Assembly (NCBI GenBank): GCA_047495785.1
Contig: JBLDXI010000003.1
Span: 930,001 to 994,000 of the forward strand
DNA: 64,000 bases
Reading direction: 5' to 3'
Origin: Lepidodermella squamata
Taxonomy: Eukaryota; Animalia; Gastrotricha
The notes beneath the pieces are model-generated. The model did no database searches. It was not told the DNA's origin and saw only the letters and a list, made by a program, of their open reading frames with translations. Below, in pieces: positions 25,374-38,568 of this stretch (its first letter is position 1; each line of letters starts with the position of its first letter). The translations under genes and the position numbers were made by a program.

Positions 25374-28300
25374 ATGTCCATTTGTGCGTCGATTTTTCTC
25401 TACTCAGGTATTTGCCTAATTTTGCTCATGCTGAATTCCGTATTCGCGACGTCGCAAAATATAAAAATAATTATTTTCACCAACCCGTTTTCCACTTGAC
25501 TTTAATTATTTTCAGCTTGTTTATTGTTTCTTTGGATTATTTCGGCCGATCAAGCGACACAGTGCTATTTACACTAAACTACTACAGCGACTTGAAATCT
25601 AGCTTTCTCCGCTCGATCGATGAGTGTGGAAAAAGTATATACACATGCATTAAAAAGCTTACGATTTCGAGTGTATCGCATTTCTTATACATAATGCCTT
25701 TTTAGCCGGTTGCGCTTTCTTATAGTACGGCGATATATAATAAGTGAAAAATCAGCAATCAGCCGCGCAGCTACATATCACAGCGCAGAAAAAACGCAGA
25801 ATACATTATATCAAAGCACCTGCATATGTTCGCTGAAAATGCATTCCTTAAAATTCCTACAATTCGAGAAAAAAATTCCATAAAACAACTCGATGGTCAG
25901 TTATTACGTGCGACGGCGTTTATTTGCTCGAAGTAAATTTTATTTTTTCAATAATTTTTCAAAATTGTTCTTATTATTTCCCAGATTTGAAGAATGTGTT
26001 TGGATGGGGCCTCTTATTATCGCTTTTCGTCACCCTTATCACCTATTTCAGCGCCAATAATCGCGAACGAAGCGGCCTTTTTCGTTATATTGCAAGAGGA
26101 TTCCGCGTTTTTGCCGCCGATGATAATTTGGAGAGATGGGCGCAGTTGAAGCGCCCGGGCTCCGTGTGCCCACCTGGGCGCCCGTTGAGCCTTGACGGGC
26201 GCCCAGACGATTGCCCTCTTCATATCCACGCCGAGTCCGGTTTTGGACACGAAGCTTTGCCGGTTTTCTGCTTCAATTCAATGAATTTGTGAGTTGACCT
26301 GTAAGAATATTAAAATTAGGTCAATTGACTCGAAAATAAATTCTCACATTGAAAAACCGAGTTTTAGGTCCATTTTTCATGTAATTAATGACACATATCA
26401 ATCAATTCCTCTCGATTTTCTCATCCTTTCCATCATTATGCCTCGGAACTTGATTTTTTTTTAAATTCCAGGCACAAACATTTCGAACCCGATATTTTGC
26501 CGACTTCGGATTCCCTTGAGCGTGGCTATTACCATGGTAAACAACGCAAAAAGGAGCATCCATTCCAGGGTCTTCACATCTTAGCCATCAACCGACTATC
26601 ATCCGACGCTCGATCTAGCGATCGCAAATTTCCGGATATTTTTCAACGCCGAGTTTTCGATACGAAAATGCACGGCGACGCGGCTGTTATTGAATTTCTA
26701 TCGCTGAATATCAGCACTGGTGACCTAGTTTTAATTGCCACATTTGGCGATGTCGCGATTTCGAATGTTTTAACCGGTGTTTTGGGGACATTCTTCGGCA
26801 GTCAAGCTGTTGCGAGGTTCAAACCGCGAGATTCCTTTGTGATGATTGGCCAGAAAGGGGCGGAGATCGGGACGGCAGTCGAGCAACTACATCATAAGAG
26901 GAAATGGGATAAATTCGCTTTTGTGGCTACAATTACCGTCTGTCCTAAAATGCCTTGTAAGTTAAAAAATTAATAGATTTCAATTTCAATTTTTTGAAAT
27001 TTAATGAATTTTAAATCACCCGAAAAATAATAATTTATTGGTTGAAAAATGAATAAATTGGAAAATTCTTGAAATGTCTCAACCTCCAGTCCTCAGTTTT
27101 TTCTCTGGAATTTTTAATAATTTTGATGAAATTTTAAATTTATTTCTTATTTCCAGTTTCTCGATCTTTGACTCATGTTCCAGAGCCTAAAGTGTTGAAA
27201 GGCCTGTTTGGAAGTGTCGGAAACGGTCATCAAAGTTGGGTACCAAACTGTGGCGTAGACCTAGCCTGCCCATCCCCTGATATGCTGCCAATGTTTGTTT
27301 GGTCAGGCATCGAAAAGTTCAAATCGCCACATTTATGCCTGAATAGCCAGCTCATATTCGGTCCAACTGTTTCGGAAGCTTTGTTCGGCTACTTCAATTT
27401 AGCTCAATTTGACCCTTTCAGCGGAGTTCTTGTGACAACGCTGATTTATTCACCTTTGGAGGACGGTAAGAATTCTTTCAAAATATTTTGAATATTTCCG
27501 AATTTTTGAAAATTCAATGATATTAATCTCAAATTATTTAATTTTTTTAGACATCAACCGAATGATAATTTTCCTAAGAAATTTCAAACCCGGTGACCTA
27601 TTAATTGGCCTCATATTTGGCGGTCGAGTTTCCGCCGCCGGACGTCGGTACCAGGAAACCTTTTTCAATGCTGCCACCCTTCTCTCTCAAATTTTCGGCT
27701 TTCAAAAACTCGCAGAACTGCGTTACCGAAGCGCGATTTTAGTAATCGGCCAGAAATCGAGTGATAACTCAACTGAATCGTTCGAAATTTTGCACCATGT
27801 TGACGATAAGAAGAAAGGCGCCACTCTGGAACCAATTGAATACGTTGGCTGTATCCCGAAATTCATCAATGGATTTCAACGTATGAAGAGCGAAAAATCA
27901 AGCCATGGCATATTTTGTTCCGGCGTCACCGAATTTTACGGCGACTATTGCAAATTTAACACGATGGGTTCCGATTTGGAACTCAGCTCTCAGGAAAAGA
28001 ATGAGCCGGCTTTATCGATATCAGGGCCTTTTCCAATTAAAATTGTAATAATGGCTGGAACCGATTGGAACCAACTTGGTACCACGCTGGAAACTCTGGT
28101 CGAACAGCCTGGAACCTGGTTCGATTCCAGTAAAATCTACGTCACGACTTCAAAATTCAGAAATAATTCTGAAATTCAATCGATTGTCGAGTCGGTGTAT
28201 CATTTTAAATTGGCCGAATTAGCCGCAGATAATTACGATGATTTTTACGAAAAATCGTTGAAATATGCGGCCGATATTTCTAAATCGGATGATTTTGTCG

Positions 28301-29037
28301 TAATTATCGAACCCGATGTTACCTTGAGTCCGGATTTTATCGATTACCTCAATCAAGCCGTATCGAAGATCAAACCTGAAGTTCGAGGCGCTTCTGGCTG
28401 GAATCCGTTCGGCTACGAGCATTTATCGCAGGGTGACACAATAGTTTACCACGCTGATTACGGCCTCCCATCGCCTTGCTTCATGATTCGCAGCTATTTT
28501 CTAGCCTCGTATTTGATGAACCAATATCGAAGATGTTGCTACGGTCGCAGGGTCCAATTCTGGGACATCAAATCGAATTTTTACTACCCCGACCGGTCAA
28601 GGTGTTTCAAAAAGCCGCCGCCGTTCTCCTCAGCTCGATCCGAGGTCGATGCTCAATTATTCGCTGATATTTATTACCAACCCCGCCGAACGAGTTTGAC
28701 GCGGGTAGCCGGGTTGAATTTCGATTTTGAAGCAGACCAGGGAGGTGATTGGAACGTTTTAACGGCTGATTCATCACGTGATCTGGTCGAAATTGCTGAG
28801 CGCTTTCAAATTTATCCGCTAAATAAAACTCCGGCTGCTATAAAATTCGTTGCCCACAATGGCATTTTCAGGCAAGTTTTCTAATGTAGAATCACATTTT
28901 TATTTTCACCAATTTTTCCAAATTTTTTGAATTATTATGATTTTTCCAGATTTACGGCAAAGCTCGACGGCAAGGTGCAGTATCTTCTAGTTAATGCTAC
29001 AAATTTTCTGCTCCCATCAAACTTCACCTCAATTTGA
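25374..29037 (+). CDS. POMGNT1-like type II membrane protein: two ILEI/PANDER (GG-lectin) domains + GT13-like domain
   Basis: N-terminal TM; ILEI motifs (RDSFVMIGQKG); GT13 motif IIEPDVTLSPDF and SGWN; the last intron uses a GC donor (28872-28949). Confidence 0.8.
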
Positions 29038-29190
29038 TATCTATGAAAAATTTCTAAATATTAGAACAGACTACGGTTGTACCTTTTTATATTTTCAAAT
29101 AAATATGAGATACCAGAGGAATTTATTGCAAATTTTCTCAAGCTTTCAAGGATAATTCAGCAGTCATCTTTCAGCTTGCTATATTTCAGC

Positions 29191-29661
29191 TCATCGGCGA
29201 GTGATAGCAGAAGTGAAAATAGCCAACAGCGTGATCAAAGGTAGAGCGAGCCATGAAGCTTCGAAAATAACGGCGCCGTTGCAGAAGTCCTTGTTGTTGC
29301 AGCAGTAAACATTCGTATTGGCGGCTGTTCCTGGTGTGCAAATAGCATCGCAGGACCGAACTATCGTATTGTTCGGATAGACTGTTTTCTATAGGAATCG
29401 AAGGAAAGATGGTTAGTAGTCAAATTTATTTCGATTCAACGAATAATCATTATTTTATTTTTAATGTTTGAAACTTACGCTACATTGCTGGCAGTTAGCA
29501 GCAGTTCCACTGGCATCTCTCGTTGAGTTACAGGACAATGCCGCTGTGAATTAAATTTCGCAAAATTTCACAATATTCTCAATTTTACGACTTGAATCTC
29601 ACTTACAGGTAAGCTGGATGGCCAAAGCCGAAAAAATGACTGCGGTCGTGATGAAATTCAT
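29191..29661 (-). CDS. Small GPI-anchored Ly6/uPAR (three-finger) protein (3 coding exons)
   Basis: Signal MNFITTAVIFSALAIQ; 8 Cys ending YCCNNKDFCN; hydrophobic C-terminal tail. Not in the ORF track. Confidence 0.85.
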
Positions 29662-30566
29662 GGTTAATTTCGCTTCTATTAGTTTCAAATTACTGCAAAA
29701 ATGAGTAAATTGAAGTTAACAAATTCGAAAAGCTTTAGGAACTTCAGGTAGAAAACTTGATAATAACTGTTTAAGTTTGATAGAAATGAATGTAGCGGCG
29801 TTTTAAATTCCTAGCTGCTGAGACTGCATAGCTGTTTTACTGAAGGTTACCCAAAAAGAATGCTCTTCAAAAATACGGTTGGTAATGTGATAATGTGATG
29901 TTTTATACGCTTTTTTCTGCCCATAGCGTCAACAAGGTGTGAAAAAACTCGTTAGAAGTGAATGCGCATTTTGTAAGCAAGCATGTTTTCCTCACGTAAG
30001 GGTGGTATTTACATATCAACTCAACTTTGTTACCAGAGCAGTGACAAAAAACTCAAAGAACAGTTTACTGAGGGGCGCATTGGAGCCATAATCATTATGT
30101 TTTAGGTTGTAAGTAGAAATTTTTCCATTCTTCTGATTGGCCGAAAGAAAATCAGCGGCAAATTCAAATAATATGTAAATCACAAAAAATGTCTTTAAGT
30201 TTTAAATCCAAAATAAATAAATAATGTTGATTATCAACTATTTTCGGTCAAAATATCCCGCCGGCGGTCTATTCAGAATCCCGCTGTGTTTTCTGCTGCT
30301 GATACCAGATTTTGGCTTACTAGCAACTTTCTTGTCTTGTCACTTGTCTATTCGTCGTCTTTCATTACCACAAATATGTGTAACTTTTCGAACGGACGTA
30401 TAGTTGTCGCCAAGTAGTTCGGTCACATTAATCACGGTAAATCGGTCACATTTTATTCTTAATCTCTTCGTTCACTTTCCCGTGAACCATTTCATCACAG
30501 CTTACAGCTCATCACAAATCACAAATTGTTAATGATCACATTGGTTTAGAATCTTCGGTTTTGAGA

Positions 30567-32752
30567 TTAAATAGCACGCCAGTACTGCGACAACCTTATC
30601 ATGAACACTTTCATTAGTTGCCGCGGAATAGATGAAGGCAAAGCTGCGCAAGTCATGCTTAGCATTTTCTTGATAATTTTTTGCCTGATTTCGATTGACT
30701 CGGCTGAAAGTAATCTCAGGTTAATGCCCATTCTTAGCAACGGTAGAACGTGTCGCGCTGTAACTTGAAATAGCGACAATTGTAGTTATTTTAAGGTTTT
30801 AGCTCAAGTGTCCTTACTGTGCGCATAAGTAGTCAGCCTTCCAACAATTCCCTTGAATGCTTCTTCGAATCGCTCGAAGTCTTCCTCGGGATCACCGCCA
30901 AGATCCATGCAATCAATTCTTTCGAAAATTCTTTTTGATGTTTGCAAGAAATCGTCGCACTGCAGTATATATTGCTGCATTTTTTCGATGTTCTGGTTAA
31001 GGAAATATTTAGTTTAATTGCTGATTGCTTCTTATTGCTTACATCGCGCTCAAGGCCTCTTTCAATAGCTTTCAGCTGAATTTCCTCCAGCGTCCAATGA
31101 GACCTGACCCTCACGCCGTGGTTATCCAGTAGCCATTGCTTGTAGAAAGCCATATCTCGACCGTATCTTCCTTTCACAAACTCGAGATGCCAATTAGGTC
31201 CGAGATATTGAAACAGCGAGCCTGTCATCGCCAGCCATTTGAGTGACTTTTCATTGTTTTTCATTATATCATGTCGTTAAATAGAAATCAAGTTAGCTTA
31301 CGTTAGTTGTCGCGGTGTGATTTGCTCGTGTAATATTCACTTTTCGCTGGCCAGTAGTTGAAGCTTGCAATGTCAGTTTTTTCGAACTTGATTGAATTAT
31401 TCTACTGATGTTGTCATGTGCAGAAGTGAGATTTTCAGCTTTCAATTTTGTTAAAATCTGTTAAGGAAGTATTCAATCATTACTAAAACCGCAGCATTTC
31501 TTACCGCTTCCAACCCAGAATTCGTGATGCAACATTCAAGATGCAAGACGCAAGGTGCAACTTGAAATACCTCTTTGGGTAATAGGAACATGGGTAGAAA
31601 TAATCTGTGCCAGCCGGCTTCCTCGCGTTCGCGTTCGTTCATCTGGTGCCACTGGTCTTCTATTTCATCAAATTTCCTTTCCTCACCAACAGCTTCTTCA
31701 TGTCGAAAATCCTTGGTACAAAAAATGCATGCATGGTGCGAGCCGTGATGCCCACACGCTTGAATGTAAACAAGCATAGGGTAATCGCATATCAAAATAA
31801 TTTTGATGCGGTATCGAATATTATTTTTGTCCCGCACTCCTTCCATGGCCCATTTCACCAATTCGTCAACCACCGGTTGCAAGTATTTCCTGACTGATTC
31901 GTAAGACTCCTTGCCTTCGTAGATTAAGAGCTGAAATTCTTCGTTCAAACCAGTTTTCTTTTTCTTTGTCACAAAGCATAACGTCGCTTGTACCAGACAA
32001 TCCCCAACGGAGGTTCGTCGAGGTGTCCCATCGATCTGCAAGCGTACTTCGTTCAGCATACGAGATTTCAAGTGACCAGATGCTATCCATTTTTCCAAAA
32101 ACTGATCCAGTTTGATTCTTACGCCTCTTTCCTTCTCGTTTTCGTCTTAAAAGCGAATGAAGCATATTTAAAATTATTGACTAACCAATCAGCAAACCTT
32201 CTATGCCATCGATTTCCAAATAACCGGACATGACTCTGCGAGCTCTTATTAATCCAGGACCAGATATTCTCGCTCGGCCTAAAAGCTTGGCAATCGGATA
32301 GGCCGAACGCGTAGGTACAAGCTTCGATGCTTGTTGCTCCATTACTCTATTGAAAAGAATATGGTCAATTGACACATTAACGTCTTTTTCTTTTAATGAA
32401 AGTTTTACTTTTCGCAAGTTTCTGCTCGTTCTATCGATGCTTTCACACACCCATCTGGTCTACGCGAGGAGACCTCGGGCAGATTTACGACTTTTGCTTT
32501 CATTTCCAATCTCTCTATTTTTTCATTCCCCACATAATGCCGGAATGCAGAAGAATTCTTGAAGTTATCCATATGCTCCTCCAACGCTTGTTGAACGCGA
32601 ATAACTTTTTGCTGCCTCGACAGCTCTCGATAAGGCTTGCGGATAGCTTTTCGTTTAGCAATAGTTTTATTGACTGGGGCTATTCTAATAATCGCGGGTC
32701 TCCCAGCTAAATCGTTTCCCAGCAATACTCCTACCGCTGGGATGTCGCCCAT
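30567..32752 (-). CDS. RAG1/Transib-like DDE transposase, 7 exons, ~620 aa, apparently intact
   Basis: Motifs in RAG1 order: RKPYRELSRQQK (NBD-like), QIDG, GKESYE, ICDYPM, GSHHACIFC, PCVLHL, TTYAHITARHV, SAESIE. Six 47-62 bp GT-AG introns remove all stops and frame changes. Confidence 0.88.
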
Positions 32753-33343
32753 GATACAATACTTGGAATTTCGATAATTTAACACTATTTTTATAAATAT
32801 GAACGTTAGTAACGAGAATTTTTACTGAACTTGAAATGAAAGACGATCTACACGTTTTACTAGCGCACTACCTGTCGACAAGGCGCGGAAATCGTCGTCA
32901 CAAAAATTGTTTGCCTCGAAAGGGTACTATTTTCCTACCTTGTTTGAAAGCTACCGCTGCGGCAGTTTTTAAAAAGTAATTTTGCTTTACGTAATTCATC
33001 TTGCTTGCTTGATAATAGTTATTTAGATTCGGCTCAATTGGCAAACGAATTATGATCCCTTTTCAAGATATTACTAATCTGATCGGCACTTTTGAAAAAT
33101 GCTCGACTATTTTCAAAATTGACGACCATCCGTTCTACGCCAAATTTTTCCCAGCGTGAGATGACGTTTTTTCACCCTCTGTGGATGCATTAAGATTCCT
33201 ATTCTAGGCGCGATACCAAGCCATCCCGCGGTGTTTTACGCATTCAATTTAGATACATTTATCGCTGAACCATCTTGGAACTAATTATTTTAATTTATTG
33301 CATTATTTCATATTTTTTATATTTTAGATATATTAACTCTTGA

Positions 33344-34228
33344 ATGTCGGAAATAAGGATGTCCTGGAAAGACGACGTTCGGGTCTTCTCCATCGAAGAA
33401 CGTACCGTGGCAAGTTTGCAAGCAGAAATTCTTCGACAATGGAAATGGAAACTCACAGGGTCGTTTCCACTAGCGATCAAGTACTTTGACGGAAGCTTCT
33501 GGGTTTCGGTCGTGGACGAACAGGCGTTGGCCCGGGCGTTTCGGCTCAGTCCTGACGAGCCTCCTCATTTCAAACTGACCATCGCCGAACCCGAAGAAAA
33601 TGACCTAAACGAGGTAGTCGCAAGGCTAACGTTGAACTCGAGGCCTTCATCGCGGCGCAGCAGCCTAGCAAGTGCGCGGTCCGATCGTTCATCTCGTTCC
33701 TCTGCGCGTTCGTCGGTTAATTCTTCAGCACACTCTTCAGCTCGCTCATCTGTTCATTCTTCAGCCAACAACTCGCGGTCGGCGAGTCCTGATCCCGACG
33801 TGAATCCTGATGCCACTGTGGCGCCCGATAAAACTTTGCTGCCAGGCTGGAACTTTCGACGGACAAGTGTACTGATCGATACCCCGCGTCGCATCCCGAT
33901 TCGCGAGAAAATGGCTATGCTTATTAATGCTGCTCCTGCTCGCCAGACTGGCCCACGTCGGCATCTCTACTTGAAGGTTGGCGTTAACATTTAACATATT
34001 TCATAAAATAATATTTACATTAATGAATATTTAAAGTGCGAACTCGAAGCCTTCGCTGATCTCATTGACGAACACTACGATCGATTTCTCGCGAAAAATA
34101 CATCCGAGCCCGAGCTGGCCAACATAATAATCGAAGCTCACAAGAATTGGACCGACGTGTTTGGAACACGGCCGCTTACTGGCGCAGCGAAAAAATTGAA
34201 AGAACTGATTCTTACATACGTAAATTGA
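33344..34228 (+). CDS. Transposon accessory protein: PB1/ubiquitin-like N-domain, Ser-rich linker, Myb/SANT-like helical C-domain
   Basis: DDVRVF...IKYFDGSFWVSVVDEQALARA...FKLTI resembles PB1; intron ~33976-34036; exon 2 CELEAFADLI...SEP...FGTR...KKLKEL; lies inside the TIRs. Confidence 0.7.
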
Positions 34229-35539
34229 TTAATTTTTTCGCCTGATTCATTTTCGTCTGATAAATAACTTTGGCTATAAATTATATGCGAATGCGTGAAG
34301 ACATCTTTCACAGTAAGCCAAACTTATTATTATCTTAAAATTAACAGTTGATTCATGTATTGGAAATATTATAATTTTTTGCTCTCTTTTCTCGTTATCA
34401 ATTAAATATAAATAAATGAGCGTTGCCATTATTAAGTAATGCCGCTTGTCGTTCTTTTGCATCTCGCCGCAAGTCTTGAACGAATCTACGGACTTATCAT
34501 CTATCACCCCACGGATATAATCGACCATTTAGTTGGCTTATGGAGAATTTTATAATAGCTGTGTGAAATATCAATAAAATCTCTCGAGAAATCTTCGACT
34601 TCTGAAGGCGATGTTCATGTATTTAACTTTTGATCGCTGCCTCTATCTATCTACATGTAACTATGGATTATTCTGGAAAAACTCCTATGTCAAAATACGT
34701 CTTGTCTTTCAGTTATAATTGCAAATACCTCCGTGATGTTGACATTTTGAAACATGTGTTTTATAACGTGAATCTATATTGTTGGATTAACTTACCATAC
34801 TTGCCAGTTGCTTGCAAATTTTTTCACTGATCTTTCTGCTCTAAAAAGGCATTTTTTATTTGATATTTTTTGCATGAATGACTGAGATATTTTTTTCCGA
34901 GTCTTCGCACGTGCCGAGCCAATACGATTATTTTTAATAAAAAATTCGAAATTTGAAAATCGCGGTTTTATTTGAATCAGCCAATGGAAATCTTCGTTTT
35001 TTCGCGCCAAAAAACCTCAAACACAATGATATCAACACGCGACAATCAGCGGTAACCTGAGAGTTCAAAATTCGATAAAAAATGTACCTGAATGCTGAAA
35101 GCTGACTATCTCGAGTTGAATGGAAAAATCGAAATTTTTCAAGGCGAATATGTTTTTTTTAATTCTTAAAAATTTTATTTTCTCAAAATTGCGCTCAGAT
35201 TTTATTACATATTTTTCGTATTTTTCACAGCCATTTTTGCGTTAAATTTTAGAAATAAATTGTTGCCGCAAGGATCATGCGTAAACTGCGAAAGCGCTTT
35301 ATCAAATTGTGTTATCTAGTAATGAACGAGCGACACCAATTACACAGGCAATGCGACCAAGCAGCCGCCAAAATCGATAGCAACAATAATTCACAAAATG
35401 CGCGTTGCGGCGGCCATCAAGTAACAATTAAATAGCGCGGTCCATAAATGTAGTAGCTAGTAATCATCGCTTTCACGCTAGACCGATATGTGAGCGTAAA
35501 CATCACTGGATCGCGATATTTTACAAAATTTCCACCAAA

Positions 35540-38162
35540 ATGTTTCCAAGTTCGTGGACAGAAATTATTTTAAGATTCTTCGCAAACCGGTTATCGCGCA
35601 TCAATTTACCTGCAGTTTTCATCAGTTTACTAATTACGGGAGTTATTTACATTTTAATCATGTCAAATTCACCGTTTGGACTGGTTATGGTGTCAAAAGC
35701 TAGGCGTGATCGAAGCGAAGTGACGAAATTGCCGTCGATAATGCGACCGGTTTTGCCGCATCGCGCGGCTCTTTTCGACAAGGCCATGGCTCAACCATTT
35801 CCCGAGGCGGCTAATTATGACGTGATCGGAAAGGATATGCCATGTCCGTTTCAGAGTAAACGAAAGTGTGAGTGGCCTTTCTTCGCCCAATCCGGTTTTG
35901 GGAAATGGCAGCTTCCTATCATCTGCTGGAGGTCGAAAAACATGTGAGTTTTTAATATAAGCGTCCCTAGTTACGCCCTTAGCGTTGCTAAGGACGCATG
36001 AAGATTCGCAAAGGTCAAGCCTTAATATGGTTAACAGGAAACTGCCCGTAACTAAGGACGCTTGTTTTTGAAATATCCTTAGCAACCTGATTTTGATTCG
36101 TAGACTCGGCCATCTGGTGCCGCAGGAGGCTGAAAATTATCGCGGGCTCCACATTGTGGTAATGCGGCAGGACAATTACTCCAGAGTCGCTTTCCAGCTG
36201 TCCTTTGACACCTTCACATCTGATGAAGAATTGTCCAACTTCCTAATCCACCACGTTGCCATTGGAAACTTACTTATACTAGCTAGCCATGACGACGCTG
36301 TGAGCAATCTACGCCCGTTATCTCGCAATCTATTACGCCATTTCGGCTCGAAAGAGATGGAAAACTTGGCGTTTCGGGATAGCTTCGTGATGGTTGGCGT
36401 GAAAGGGGCTGACCCGGGCCGAGCGATTGAATCCATTCGCCGTAAGAGGATCTCAGAAGAGTTTCCAACTGAAGTCTCAATTCATGGATGTTTCGAGCCT
36501 ACTGAGTGTAAGTTTCGGAAACAGGAATCCAAACTCTTCATTCTCGAGTTTTTAATAGTCGAGCCGATGAAACCCCTACCGTCCGAGCGAGAATTGAGAT
36601 TGGATCGGAGGGAAACTATCAGGAAAGGCATTTGGCCCAACTGCGGCCTTAACGCTGTCTGTTCGCCTGGACACCTCTTTCCAATGCATATCAGGACAGG
36701 GATCATTGAAGCTCCGGGTCCAGAGCTTTGCATAAACAGCCAACTAGTTTTCCATGCCGATTACCACGCAGGCTCGAGAGGCTTCAATCTAGCGATTTAC
36801 GACCCAGAAGAAGGCTTGGTAGTTTCGCACAACTCTTTCGATCCTACAGTGCATGGTAACATTTTTTTAAAGTGGTTTAAAATGTTATACAAAGCGATTC
36901 CAGAGCCCACTAGAATGTTTCAATACCTAGAAACGGTAAAGGCAAACCAAATCCTGTTTGGAGTAATTCACGAGGACGCATCGCAAGATAACGTTTCCGA
37001 GATACTGACGGAAAAATTTGGGGTAAAATTAGGAGCAGAGCTGTACTCGTTTTCCATCGGCTATTTCATCGCCCAACTTGGTTCAACTAATTTGGCCCTC
37101 GAAAGCCTACGGCACTTCTACCCTGGGATTCCTGAGACCACAGAGCCAATGGAGCTATCTACTTGCCTGCCGAAGCAAAGTAAGCAGATCGATCTTTTGA
37201 AATGATAGCATTGTTTTTTCTTCAGTTCGAGGTCTTGCTTTGTCAAAGCACGGTGGAGCAGCGCAAACTGACGAAGGAGCGTCTCTCAAACGCCAGTTTT
37301 GCGAGACCTTTCCGGATCAGTACGGAGAATTATGTGCTCAGCCTTTCCTTCCCTCAAACGAGCGCTCATCGGAAAATGGAGCAACAATCGCTAGCTTGTT
37401 TTCTTTCACGTTTCCTATCATCGTAATGGCTGGCAGCGATCTTCGAGGTCTCGCTAAAACCCTGGAGACAGTTACAGCGAAACAGGTCCCTGTTGAGCTG
37501 GATTTGGCTTTTAAAGTTGTCTGCGCATCAAGTTACATGACCCAAGTTTTTGGCGAGGAAATAGAACAGCTGACAAATCTCTTCGAATTTCGATTATCCC
37601 TCTTAAAATCTGAGAGCTACGACGATTTGTATCGAGATTGTCTGGTCTACGGAGCCGAAACTGCTGAAGTTTTAAAGGTAGAACTTTAGTCAAAAATCAA
37701 ATTATTGAAAATATGTGTTTCCAGGAGGATTGGTTCCTTTTCATCGAGCCAAACGTGCAAATAGCCCCCGACTTCTTACCATTCATCAGGCGGGCGTGGA
37801 ATGCCACGAAGTTGAATAGCTACGCAATTTCTGGTTGGACCAAGGATAGCAATACTTCTGCGTCTTCATCCGACTTAATGACGGCCGCGCATTCCATATT
37901 ACCCTCACCGTGTTTTCTTGTCAGGTATGATTACCTGCTCAAAACAGTGATGCCTCGATACGATGAATGCTGTTCAAGAAGCCGATCATCCAAATGGCCC
38001 GTTTCCACCGGGAATCTAGCCACTATTCCTAGATTTTCGAGATGCTTCAAAGAACCGAATCCTCACAGCTCGTGTCTAGTATCTAATGCGGGCGAGAGTG
38101 AGGCGAATTCATGTTGGGAGAAAATTCAACACCACTCAAACACTTCCCTTAGGGCGTATTAA
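35540..38162 (+). CDS. Second POMGNT1-like gene (ILEI x2 + GT13-like); 3' end uncertain
   Basis: TM segment; FRDSFVMVGVKG; GSRGFNLAIYDP; FIEPNVQIAPDF; SGW; colinear with the 25374 gene. Confidence 0.78.
35959..36063. mobile_element. Small intronic foldback/MITE
   Basis: Inverted repeat AAGCGTCCCTAGTTACG / CGTAACTAAGGACGCTT. Confidence 0.5.
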
Positions 38163-38568
38163 TGAAGTTTATTGAAATTAGAATAATAAAAGAAGGTCAA
38201 GTTATCAGAGATTTGATTGCTGCTTTTTAGCTAGTATCTGCAACAAGGATGCACGCTTGCAGTGGCTGATACTGTGATCCGACATTGTTCTGAGATATTG
38301 AGAAAGAAAATTGACGGAGAAATCAATGATGAAGCAGCACCTCACCCTGGTTTCACCTGTGTCGCAGCCATTCGTAGCAGAATCAGCTATCGTTCCGCCA
38401 GTCACTTGGGTATGACCTCCTCTTGGCCGGCTGTGAGGGAAAGAAAGTAAATTCAAGAAGTTCCCAACTTCGAAAAATTTACCAAAAAAAGCCTGATCCA
38501 GGTCGACAATTGTAGAATACCTAGCCAACATTTTTTAAAGTCGACAAAAGTATATGGTTGTATGTTGT

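Larger units (their letters stand above)
30093..35028. mobile_element. Complete two-gene DNA transposon with RAG1/Transib-like transposase (4936 bp)
   Basis: TIRs CATTATGTTTTAGGTT / AACCTCAAACACAATG (14/16 match), plus ATTGGC at positions 44-49 from both ends; flanked by AT on both sides; encodes transposase (-) and accessory gene (+). Confidence 0.88.

Noticed and set aside
30567-32785. Transposase as a frameshifted pseudogene (five separate ORFs in the track)
   Set aside because: Every break coincides with a 47-62 bp GT-AG intron that restores the frame; one acceptor (~31247) is weak.
33344-34228. RAG2-like partner for the RAG1-like transposase
   Set aside because: No kelch repeats or PHD finger, and the orientation is head-to-head.
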